Part shown: positions 1 through 6,084 of the stretch, piece by piece
Position numbering within the stretch: position 1 is the first letter of the stretch
Layout: the number at the start of each line of letters is the position of its first letter
IMG/VR virus record: IMGVR_UViG_2778261420_000011
Location: 1 to 9,000 of that record
Source: a virus
Lineage: Duplodnaviria > Heunggongvirae > Uroviricota > Caudoviricetes
Reading direction: 5' to 3' (one strand)
Length of the DNA: 9,000 nucleotides
The notes under the pieces: generated by a model
What the model was told of the DNA's origin: nothing
Databases searched by the model: none
The model's input: the letters and a program-made list of their open reading frames with translations, nothing else
Translations under genes and position numbers: made by a program

Positions 1-1082
1 CACTTAATCATATCCATCCAGGCAGATTCGGCAGTGACCCACACATTCATGTGTTTGGTAAAAAAATTCACCCGCGCAGAGACCTGCTCCTTCGCTTTTT
101 TCGCCAGACGACGCAGATCATCCCAGCGTTTACAGATGCCCAGGCCAGGATTCGCTTTCTGCCAGACCGTTTCATCAAACGGATCATCTCCCTCATCGAG
201 CGTGTAAATGATCGCAAAGTAGGAGTCGTCTTTTACCGCGCCCTCCACGTCGCTGTTATAGCCTCGCAATACCTTAATGGCGTAATCGCGCTGCTCGTAG
301 CAAATCCCTTCCTTGTTAAAGCCAGCCGTGGTGATGCCAAATAACAGAGACTGCAGACGGGCACCGGTTGCCGTTTCCAGAACGTCCCACACGTCACGGG
401 TTTTATGAGCATGCAGCTCATCAATAATGGCGCAGTGGATGTTCAGACCGTCCAGGTTGTTTGCATCCGAGGAAAGCGGTTCAAATTTTGATGCGCTCTG
501 CTCCTGGTAAATCGCCAGCTTGTTGAAATCAAACAACCGCCCGAGTGTCGACCGGGCTTTTCTGACCATATTTTTGGCGTCTTCAAACACAATTCTGGCC
601 TGGTCACGCGTGGTTGCGGCTGAATACACCTCAGCCCCGCCTTCACCATCTGCCCCCGTCATATACAGACCGATACCCGATGACAGGGTTGATTTTGCGT
701 TTTTACGGGCAACTTCGTTGTATGCTGTCCGGAACCGGCGCACCATCACCGGGCGTCCACTGCCATCGCTGCGCATGACAACTTCCCCGGTTTCTTCATT
801 CACCAGCGGAATGACAAAACCAAAAATATTAATGAGGATAAACACATGCCAGTCCATCAACTCAATGGGCTGACCTGCCAGCGCCCCTTTCACATGGGGT
901 ACAAATTTGTAGAAATTAAGGATGTGCTGTGCACGAGGTTCACTGAAATAAATCCCCCGCTCTTCGCCGTACTTCAGATCATCAAGAAAACGCTGGCAGG
1001 CCAGACGGACAAATTCGCCAGCAACAATTTCTCCTGCAACAACACGTTCGGCGTAGCGGATCCCGTCAGCCACTTTTGCCAT
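1..1082 (-). CDS. Phage terminase large subunit (TerL), 3'-truncated by the window edge
   Basis: Minus-strand frame checked codon by codon: open from ATG at 1082-1080 to position 3 (360 codons, no stop). Starts MAKVADGIRYAERVVAGEIVAGEFVRLACQRFLDDL and contains IHCAIIDELHAHKTRDVWDVLETATG, an acidic Walker-B-like motif typical of terminase ATPase domains. Start overlaps the terS stop (TGATG). Absent from the ORF track because it has no stop inside the window. Confidence 0.85.
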   Translation of the reverse strand, partial: MAKVADGIRYAERVVAGEIVAGEFVRLACQRFLDDLKYGEERGIYFSEPRAQHILNFYKFVPHVKGALAGQPIELMDWHVFILINIFGFVIPLVNEETGEVVMRSDGSGRPVMVRRFRTAYNEVARKNAKSTLSSGIGLYMTGADGEGGAEVYSAATTRDQARIVFEDAKNMVRKARSTLGRLFDFNKLAIYQEQSASKFEPLSSDANNLDGLNIHCAIIDELHAHKTRDVWDVLETATGARLQSLLFGITTAGFNKEGICYEQRDYAIKVLRGYNSDVEGAVKDDSYFAIIYTLDEGDDPFDETVWQKANPGLGICKRWDDLRRLAKKAKEQVSARVNFFTKHMNVWVTAESAWMDMIK

Positions 1083-1564
1083 CAGTCTCTCGCTTTTAAA
1101 AGCTCTGCCAGCGGATCAACATCATCCGGTCCGGCGGTATTTACTTTCGCCCGGCTTGCCGGTGACATACCAAACTCTGCAAGCATCGCCCGAATCCGCT
1201 TCCAGGCATCAGCCTTCATCGCAGCAGCCGGGTGTGCCTTGATCAGCACATCGCCATTCTGCGTTTCCGTGCGGTAGGTATAACCCTCAACATCGAGTAT
1301 TTCGCAGTGATGCCGGTATTCGGTGTAGGCTTCCACCAGTAACTCGAGCGCACGTGCATCGAGCTGAGAAATGATCCCTTCCGCATTCAGCTCTTCCGCC
1401 ATTCGCCTGAACCAGTACTTCCCCTGCGCCCCTAAATGTTGCGGAATTTTAGGGAGACCTTTTTCATCCTTTTTAGCGGTTTTTTTGGAGTCTTTAACTG
1501 GCCGCTTTGAGGGGTTACCTCGTATCAAATGCAGGCGTGGCGGGGTTTTCGGGGGTCCAGACAT
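1082..1564 (-). CDS. Phage terminase small subunit, P27 family
   Basis: 160 aa; N-terminus MSGPPKTPPRLHLIRGNPSKRP matches the conserved P27-family terminase small subunit signature as I recall it. ATG at 1564-1562; stop TGA 1084-1082 overlaps the terL start. Confidence 0.85.
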   Translation of the reverse strand: MSGPPKTPPRLHLIRGNPSKRPVKDSKKTAKKDEKGLPKIPQHLGAQGKYWFRRMAEELNAEGIISQLDARALELLVEAYTEYRHHCEILDVEGYTYRTETQNGDVLIKAHPAAAMKADAWKRIRAMLAEFGMSPASRAKVNTAGPDDVDPLAELLKARD

Positions 1565-1681
1565 AATCGGTTTTACCTATCAATCATTTAATCACATTCC
1601 AAAAAAAAGTTTTCGAACCTGCGGCGATGCGAGGAAAGGTCAGGCGGCGGTACTGAGCAGCCTGGGTTGCAGAGATTTGAT

Positions 1682-1696
1682 CCCCCCCCCTCCCCC
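1682..1696. repeat. Homopolymeric C9-T-C5 tract (G-run on the minus strand) in the terS upstream intergenic region
   Basis: Read directly: t-ccccccccc-t-ccccc at 1681-1696. Lies in the 230-bp non-coding gap upstream of terS, where a cos/packaging site is expected. Confidence 0.9.
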
Positions 1697-1794
1697 TTGA
1701 AGATGGCGGCAAAAAGCAGATACTGGCCACCCATCAGGATGCTCAGCATGGTGTATTCAGTTAATCTCAATAAATAAAAGATGGAGTCTAAGAA

Positions 1795-2310
1795 ATGGAT
1801 AAAACCAGAAAATATGACAGAGCCTTACAACTTGAAATCCTCAATGCCCTTATAGATTGCGCGCCTAACTCTTTAAACAAGGCACAGGAGCGAGACCTCA
1901 TTGAGAAGTTTGACAGTTACGATCACTTTGTGGCGTGCATGTTATACCTTGAAATGCATGGTCTCGTTTCCACCCCCTTCATACGCAGTGACACCATGGC
2001 TGGCGTTGAGTTTATCTTCTGTGCCCCTAACTGCTACATTACAGAAAAAGGAATTGATTTTCTTCTCGATGATGGCGGCTTAAGTGCGATCCTTAAAGTT
2101 CAGACCTTTCGGTTACACAGTGACACGATTGTTGCCCTTGAGGATATAATCCGTGTCGCAAATATATCTGAAGATCAGAAGAAGGGATTGATTTCAAAAC
2201 TCCGAGAGCTTCCGGGAGACGCCATAAAACATTTGACCCTACAGTTACTGACTCAGGGGGTTCTGAATCTGCCGAACGCACTTCGACTAATTCAAACAAC
2301 CCTCCAGTAG
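1795..2310 (+). CDS. Hypothetical protein, moron-like insertion; N-terminal region resembles a small winged-helix-like phage domain (possibly DUF2513-like)
   Basis: 171 aa ORF on the strand opposite all flanking late genes. GGAG Shine-Dalgarno at 1783-1786, 8 nt before ATG 1795. AT-rich (about 35% G+C in the first 60 nt by hand count) against GC-richer terminase flanks. Followed by a hairpin plus T-run at 2327-2364. Family assignment is from memory of motifs such as YLEMHGLV...ITEKGIDFL, not from a search. Confidence 0.55.
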   Translation: MDKTRKYDRALQLEILNALIDCAPNSLNKAQERDLIEKFDSYDHFVACMLYLEMHGLVSTPFIRSDTMAGVEFIFCAPNCYITEKGIDFLLDDGGLSAILKVQTFRLHSDTIVALEDIIRVANISEDQKKGLISKLRELPGDAIKHLTLQLLTQGVLNLPNALRLIQTTLQ

Positions 2311-2326
2311 GGCTAAACTCATCTGA

Positions 2327-2364
2327 GGGGCGAATTAACTCAAATTTGCCCCATCCCAGTTTTT
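2327..2364 (+). terminator. Candidate intrinsic terminator downstream of the 1795-2310 gene
   Basis: ggggcgaatt (2327-2336) pairs with aatttgcccc (2343-2352) with one G-U wobble, loop aactca; a T5 run follows at 2360-2364 but is separated from the stem by 7 nt, so it is a weak terminator. Confidence 0.3.
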
Positions 2365-2445
2365 CACTTAAAACAACCCAAAATCCCTCCCGGGTATCTG
2401 CATGAATATAGAAACTATTTTTATGCATTACAGCAGTGAATATTA

Positions 2446-2796
2446 TCATCGAATACGTTCCCTTGCTGTCTTCTCTCTGTGGCATTCCCTGCATAACGAC
2501 TCAAGATTGGAGTCATCATCGGTGCCGCCATGAGCTTTTGGAATCATGTGGTCTACAGTCCTGGCCTCAACGGCTCGTCCATTGCGCAGACAGTTCTTAC
2601 ACAGATGGTTATCACGCTTCAGTATACGCGCACGTATAACATCCCATTTCGAGCCATAGCCACGCTGGTGGCGACTCAGTCCGCGTTGATGCTGTACCCA
2701 TCCTTCACCACGATGTTTATCGCAGTAACCAGAACTGTCTGTGGTTGTACGTGCACATCCACGCTTACGGCAGGCGCGTGGGATTCGTGGGGGCAT
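2446..2796 (-). CDS. HNH endonuclease, terminase-associated (HK97 gp74-like)
   Basis: Cys/His-rich HNH core: CRKRGCARTTTDSSGYCDKH ... HLCKNCLRNGRAVEARTVDHMIPKAHGGTDDDSNLESLCRECH. Start placed at internal ATG 2796-2794 (MPPRIPRACRK), which has a GGAG 5 nt upstream; the track's longer start at 2895 has no ribosome-binding site. Confidence 0.8.
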   Translation of the reverse strand: MPPRIPRACRKRGCARTTTDSSGYCDKHRGEGWVQHQRGLSRHQRGYGSKWDVIRARILKRDNHLCKNCLRNGRAVEARTVDHMIPKAHGGTDDDSNLESLCRECHREKTARERIR

Positions 2797-2915
2797 ATGT
2801 ACTCCAATGAAGAAGCCACCGACATAGCCTCCTCCATTCGTCGTGAAACTATTTTCATCTACCCAGTAATGAACTCTTTGAAGAGTTGTAATCAATACAA
2901 CTCGCTAATGGAGAG

Positions 2916-2939
2916 GCTTGTCTCACACGTGAGACAAGC
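2916..2939. repeat. Perfect 11-bp inverted repeat with 2-nt centre (gcttgtctcac-ac-gtgagacaagc), followed on the plus strand by a T-rich stretch
   Basis: Read directly. Could be a protein-binding palindrome or a hairpin with a 4-nt loop and 10-bp stem. Located in the non-coding gap upstream of the HNH gene start. Confidence 0.6.
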
Positions 2940-3018
2940 TTCCTGTTTGATTTACTGGACACTATAGAAGGACAGAATGCCTTCATCACTCGAATAACAT
3001 CAATTAAGGAGGTTCAAC

Positions 3019-3141
3019 ATGTTTCATTTCACAAATCATCAGGCTGTAATTATGGCTGCATCAGCTTGTGCCACAGACCTTTTCCGCTTCACTTTGAGCC
3101 TGATTCATTTCTACCTGACCGGCTCGCCTCTATCTTTTTAA
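3019..3141 (+). CDS. Small hydrophobic ORF (40 aa), hypothetical
   Basis: Consensus Shine-Dalgarno AAGGAGG at 3006-3012, 6 nt before ATG 3019; translation MFHFTNHQAVIMAASACATDLFRFTLSLIHFYLTGSPLSF ends at TAA 3139-3141. Below the length cutoff of the ORF track. No homology known to me. Confidence 0.35.
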   Translation: MFHFTNHQAVIMAASACATDLFRFTLSLIHFYLTGSPLSF

Positions 3142-3321
3142 TCCCCGCTTTATCCAAATTGCATTGCCAGAATGCCGACAACAGACTGACATTCAAATCC
3201 TGACTACCTCCAATAGGCTGAGCATCCACCTATATAGTTTTAATTTTCATCAATCCATTTAACTATCGTTTAATTGTTGTCACATAGGATTCTGCCGTTT
3301 TTAACAATGCAGGATAATAAG

Positions 3322-3615
3322 ATGAAAAAAATGTTGTTTTCTGCCGCTCTGGCAATGCTTATTACAGGATGTGCTCAACAGACGTTTACTGTTGGAAACA
3401 AACCGACAGCAGTAACACCAAAGGAAACCATCACCCATCATTTCTTCGTTTCGGGAATTGGACAGGAGAAAACTGTTGATGCAGCCAAAATTTGTGGCGG
3501 CGCAGAAAATGTTGTTAAAACAGAAACCCAGCAAACATTCGTAAATGGATTTCTCGGTTTTATTACTTTAGGCATTTATACTCCACTGGAAGCGCGTGTG
3601 TATTGCTCACAATAA
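3322..3615 (+). CDS. bor: Bor lipoprotein (lambda Bor / Iss serum-resistance family)
   Basis: MKKMLFSAALAMLITGCAQQTFTVGNKPTAVTPKETITHHFFVSGIGQEKTVDAAKICGGAENVVKTETQQTFVNG...YTPLEARVYCSQ is near-identical to lambda Bor as I recall it; lipobox LITGC. Start set at ATG 3322 (AGGA at 3311-3314), not the track's upstream 3274. Confidence 0.9.
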   Translation: MKKMLFSAALAMLITGCAQQTFTVGNKPTAVTPKETITHHFFVSGIGQEKTVDAAKICGGAENVVKTETQQTFVNGFLGFITLGIYTPLEARVYCSQ

Positions 3616-3646
3616 TTGCATGAGTTGCCCATCGATATGGGCAGCT

Positions 3647-4108
3647 CTATCTGCACTGCTCATTAATATACTTCTGGGTTCCTTCCAGTTGTTTTTGCAT
3701 AGTGATCAGCCTCTCTCTGAGGGTGAAATAATCCCGTTCAGCGGTGTCTGCCAGTCGGGGGCTGGTTGCATTATCCACGCCGGAGGCGGTGGTGGCTTCA
3801 CGCACTGACTGACAGACTGCTTTGATGTGCAACCGACGACAACCAGCGGCAACATCAGCGCGCAGAGTTTCATTTTCAGCTTTCGCATTGGCTAATTCTC
3901 TCGAGTACTTTGCATCGAGTGCAGCAACATCACGCTGACGCTGCTGCATGTCAGCGATGGTGGCGATCGACTGCTTCAGCTCACTGACTTTTTTATCACG
4001 CTGTTCTTTGTAGGCGATGGCGTTATCACGGTAATGATTGACCGCCCACGACAGGCAGACGATGATGCAGATAACCAAAGCATAAATAATCGCGGCGACT
4101 CTGCTCAC
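3647..4108 (-). CDS. Rz spanin (inner-membrane subunit, i-spanin)
   Basis: Lambda-Rz-like sequence ([28 protein letters not shown] ... [13 protein letters not shown]). Start placed at GTG 4108-4106 to give a 153-aa product matching lambda Rz length; this GTG overlaps the endolysin stop TGA (4107-4105) and has a GGGGGAT SD upstream. The track's TTG start at 4123 is less likely. Confidence 0.88.
   Translation of the reverse strand: MSRVAAIIYALVICIIVCLSWAVNHYRDNAIAYKEQRDKKVSELKQSIATIADMQQRQRDVAALDAKYSRELANAKAENETLRADVAAGCRRLHIKAVCQSVREATTASGVDNATSPRLADTAERDYFTLRERLITMQKQLEGTQKYINEQCR
3706..3888 (-). CDS. Rz1 spanin (outer-membrane lipoprotein, o-spanin), embedded in Rz in the +1 frame
   Basis: 60 aa: [60 protein letters not shown], with lipobox VVVGC and a proline-rich core, near-identical to lambda Rz1 by recollection. 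Confidence 0.85.
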   Translation of the reverse strand: MRKLKMKLCALMLPLVVVGCTSKQSVSQCVKPPPPPAWIMQPAPDWQTPLNGIISPSERG

Positions 4109-4638
4109 TGCTCTATCCCCCAACAGGCTAATGCGCTTTCCTGGTCACGACGAATAACCTGTCCATAGCAGTTATTTGAACGTATGCGGCAATCGCGCCC
4201 ACCATCTTTTATCCACCAGCGAATCGCCTCGCATGCGCCCTTACGATCACCGGCATTCAGCCGCTTATAAAACGTCGACGGGAAACACTTACCGGGGCCA
4301 ATGTTATAGGGACAGAATGACGCTATACCCGCTTTTTGTGGTTCGGTCAGTGGTACTTTAATATTGCGCTCCACCCATGCCAGCGCCTTATCACGCTCAA
4401 TGGCGTTGACCTGGTCGCATTTTTCCTTCGACAGTTTCATACCGGGAAAAACGGGTTTTCCATCCACCATCGTGGCACCCCGACAGATGGTCCAGATGCC
4501 GGACCCATCGCGGTATGCCGTTGTGTGGTTACCTTCTTTTTCATCCAGAAACTGGTCGAGAATATCAGGCGCGGGCGCACCGACGGCAATCAGTGCCAGA
4601 ACGGCAGCCGACAGGCCGTATCTGATTTTTGCGTTCAT
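4105..4638 (-). CDS. SAR endolysin (phage lysozyme, T4-lysozyme fold; RrrD/R21-like)
   Basis: 177 aa; N-terminal Gly/Ala-rich weakly hydrophobic segment [24 protein letters not shown] (signal-anchor-release type) followed by [22 protein letters not shown] lysozyme core. Closely resembles E. coli prophage lysozyme RrrD/RrrQ by recollection. Confidence 0.9.
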   Translation of the reverse strand: MNAKIRYGLSAAVLALIAVGAPAPDILDQFLDEKEGNHTTAYRDGSGIWTICRGATMVDGKPVFPGMKLSKEKCDQVNAIERDKALAWVERNIKVPLTEPQKAGIASFCPYNIGPGKCFPSTFYKRLNAGDRKGACEAIRWWIKDGGRDCRIRSNNCYGQVIRRDQESALACWGIEQ

Positions 4639-4701
4639 GGATATTTATCAGGATTTATCGGTTTCTGCCCACGGACAGGTTTATCTGTTCCGGTCAGTGA
4701 C

Positions 4702-5052
4702 TTAAGGTTGTGATTCCGGAGGAGTCTTCAGAGAACCAGTAATTCTTCCCGGTAGCTTTCCTTTGTAGGTTATCCATACATTCTGCGCCTCTAAAATTAC
4801 GGGGCGCTTTTCCGGCGACTGCTCATCCCCTTCACATAACCCGGCAGCAACATCCAGGAAGACCTGTCTGATGCTCCTTCTGGCTGCTGCCTCATAAAAC
4901 TCCAGCGCGGCACCTTCAACACGGTCCAGCGAGATGTCCAGGTCAAAAATTTCACCGTCAAAGCGTTTTTTGTCCCGTAACGCTAAAGTTACCGTAACTT
5001 TATTCTCAAAATTGCGGATCCCTTTCACAATCAGTTCATAGTTTTGAGTCAT
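4702..5052 (-). CDS. Hypothetical protein inserted between holin and endolysin (YdfR position of Qin prophage; possibly DUF1327)
   Basis: 116 aa ORF with ATG at 5052-5050 and a GGGGAGAG SD; stop is 63 bp upstream of the endolysin start. The family name is inferred from synteny with Qin (essQ-ydfR-rrrQ), not from recognised sequence. Confidence 0.65.
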   Translation of the reverse strand: MTQNYELIVKGIRNFENKVTVTLALRDKKRFDGEIFDLDISLDRVEGAALEFYEAAARRSIRQVFLDVAAGLCEGDEQSPEKRPVILEAQNVWITYKGKLPGRITGSLKTPPESQP

Positions 5053-5056
5053 TGAA

Positions 5057-5272
5057 TTACTCTCCCCGTGCAGCCTTACGCTTGTCTTCTCTGATTTTGA
5101 AGTACAGATTTGTCAGATAAGTCAGGAAGCCCAGAACCAGACTCCCCAGCACACCAATCGCAGCCCACTGTGACGGACTGACCTGATCAAGCCACTGTAA
5201 AAACCAGTAGCCAGCACTGCCTGCGGAGGTGCCATAGGCAATGCCCGTTGAAATTTTGTCCATGGATTTCAT
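5057..5272 (-). CDS. Class II holin, S21-type pinholin (EssD/EssQ-like) with dual-start motif
   Basis: 71 aa: [71 protein letters not shown]; the Met1-Lys-Ser-Met4 dual start gives antiholin/holin forms as in phage 21 S. GGAGGTGAGG SD upstream. Confidence 0.9.
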   Translation of the reverse strand: MKSMDKISTGIAYGTSAGSAGYWFLQWLDQVSPSQWAAIGVLGSLVLGFLTYLTNLYFKIREDKRKAARGE

Positions 5273-5330
5273 AGCCTCACCTCCGCAAATAACGGATGGC
5301 GTAGTTTTACACTGAGAAATGAAAGGGATT

Positions 5331-5356
5331 TGAAAAGAAAAGCCCGCAAAAGCGGG
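5331..5356 (-). terminator. Intrinsic terminator (minus strand) between the tRNA array and the holin gene
   Basis: Minus-strand hairpin gcccgc-tttt-gcgggc (plus 5341-5356) followed by ttttcttttc (plus 5331-5340). Confidence 0.6.
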
Positions 5357-5433
5357 CGAAACAATATATACAGTAAGGAAAGCACTCTATCCAACAAACC
5401 ACCCACAGTTAATCGGAATAAAAGCAGAGTGCT

Positions 5434-5505
5434 TATGAATGATCGCCTGCCCGAAGGTTAGTATTTCTGCACAGCAATTTTGCAAAAAAAAGCGATCATT
5501 CATAA
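5434..5505. repeat. Perfect 14-bp inverted repeat (ttatgaatgatcgc / gcgatcattcataa) flanking a 44-bp spacer
   Basis: Read directly: arms at 5434-5447 and 5492-5505. The spacer contains an A8 run and the small palindrome gcaaaattgc. Each arm contains a GATC site. Confidence 0.85.
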
Positions 5506-5512
5506 CTTAAAC

Positions 5513-5558
5513 GTCTTTCAGTCACTCCGGGATTTCCCATCATCGCAGACTGAAAGAC
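5513..5558. repeat. Perfect 11-bp inverted repeat (gtctttcagtc / gactgaaagac) with 24-nt spacer, immediately downstream of the tRNA array
   Basis: Read directly: arms at 5513-5523 and 5548-5558. Would form a stem-loop in the minus-strand transcript just 3' of tRNA-Gly. Confidence 0.8.
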
Positions 5559-5564
5559 TCTAAC

Positions 5565-5639
<75 letters not shown>

Positions 5640-5642
5640 ATA

Positions 5643-5718
<76 letters not shown>

Positions 5719-5720
5719 AC

Positions 5721-5797
5721 TGGACCGCCACCGGGGACTCGAACCTCGCACACTCAACTTAAAGGGTTGACGCTCTTTCCTGATGAACTGGTGACGG
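5721..5797 (-). tRNA. tRNA, anticodon UUU (Lys-like), non-canonical; possibly a pseudo-tRNA
   Basis: Reverse complement CCGTCACCAGTTCATCAGGAAAGAGCGTCAACCCTTTAAGTTGAGTGTGCGAGGTTCGAGTCCCCGGTGGCGGTCCA folds as a cloverleaf (acceptor with one G-U, D arm GTTC/GAGC, anticodon stem TCAAC/GTTGA, T loop TTCGAGT), but has C at position 33, A at position 8 and an A-C mismatch in the T stem. Confidence 0.5.
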
Positions 5798-5798
5798 T

Positions 5799-5874
5799 TG
5801 GTGGCCCTTGCTGGATTTGAACCAGCGACCTGGCGATTATGAGTCGCTCGCTCTCACCACTGAGCTAAAGGGCC
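5799..5874 (-). tRNA. tRNA with CAU anticodon, ileX/ileZ-like (tRNA-Ile2, lysidine type) rather than elongator Met
   Basis: Reverse complement GGCCCTTTAGCTCAGTGGTGAGAGCGAGCGACTCATAATCGCCAGGTCGCTGGTTCAAATCCAGCAAGGGCCACCA: perfect acceptor stem, anticodon loop CUCAUAA, encoded CCA. Resembles E. coli ileX by recollection; the Ile2 versus Met call cannot be made from sequence alone. Confidence 0.75.
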
Positions 5875-5883
5875 GGGCGCAGG

Positions 5884-5912
5884 ATAATAACGTTACGAAA
5901 TAAATGTTGCAA
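5884..5912 (-). promoter_or_regulatory. Candidate sigma70 promoter driving the tRNA array
   Basis: On the minus strand: TTGCAA (plus 5907-5912), 17-bp spacer, TATTAT (plus 5884-5889); the tRNA 5' end at 5874 lies about 10 nt downstream. Hexamer match and spacing only. Confidence 0.5.
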
Positions 5913-5993
5913 GCATTCAAGAATCACCTGGTTAAAAATTACCCTTACTTCCTCCACCAGCGCATTCACCATTTCTATCCGAGATAAGTGGCA

Positions 5994-6019
5994 CAAAAAA
6001 ACCCGCTTGTGGGCGGGTT
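5994..6019 (-). terminator. Intrinsic terminator (tR'-like) about 70 bp downstream of the Q-position gene; structure is bidirectional
   Basis: Hairpin acccgc-ttgtgg-gcgggt at 6001-6018, flanked by A7 (5994-6000) on one side and tttgtttgctttt on the other, so it gives a U-tract on either strand. Confidence 0.7.
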
Positions 6020-6084
6020 TTGTTTGCTTTTGCCATCACGTACAAAATCGGCAAAATATCAGATTTGCATGAAATATATGCCTT

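Noticed and set aside
51-1277. Plus-strand track ORFs 51-344, 520-873 and 846-1277, and minus-strand ORFs 233-424 and 443-649
   Set aside because: All lie inside the continuous minus-strand terminase large subunit frame (other frames or antisense); none has a convincing ribosome-binding site or recognisable protein features.
1588-1770. 60-aa minus-strand ORF spanning the poly-C tract
   Set aside because: Low-complexity translation (GEGGGS, PPP) derived from the homopolymer run, no SD, in the likely packaging-site intergenic region.
2093-2494. 133-aa minus-strand ORF antisense to the 1795-2310 gene
   Set aside because: Its start lies inside the HNH coding region with no SD, and it is the antisense shadow of a plus-strand ORF that has a good SD and a downstream hairpin. 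Not fully excluded; expression data would decide.
2797-2895. N-terminal extension of the HNH ORF to the track start at 2895
   Set aside because: No ribosome-binding site before 2895, whereas the internal ATG at 2796 has a GGAG and gives a typical approx. 116-aa HNH protein.
2530-2967. 145-aa plus-strand ORF, plus 2436-2639 and 2676-2858
   Set aside because: Antisense or overlapping shadows of the HNH endonuclease gene.
3274-3321. Upstream extension of bor (track start at 3274)
   Set aside because: Lambda Bor begins at the MKKM methionine; ATG 3322 has an AGGA SD and gives a proper lipoprotein signal peptide.
4176-4713. Plus-strand ORFs 4176-4361, 4336-4713 and 4364-4705
   Set aside because: Antisense to the well-supported endolysin gene.
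5273-5564. Possible Shiga toxin or other cargo genes in the tRNA-to-holin interval
   Set aside because: Only about 290 bp of non-coding sequence is present; no ORF of useful length, so this cargo site is empty apart from the repeats and terminator.
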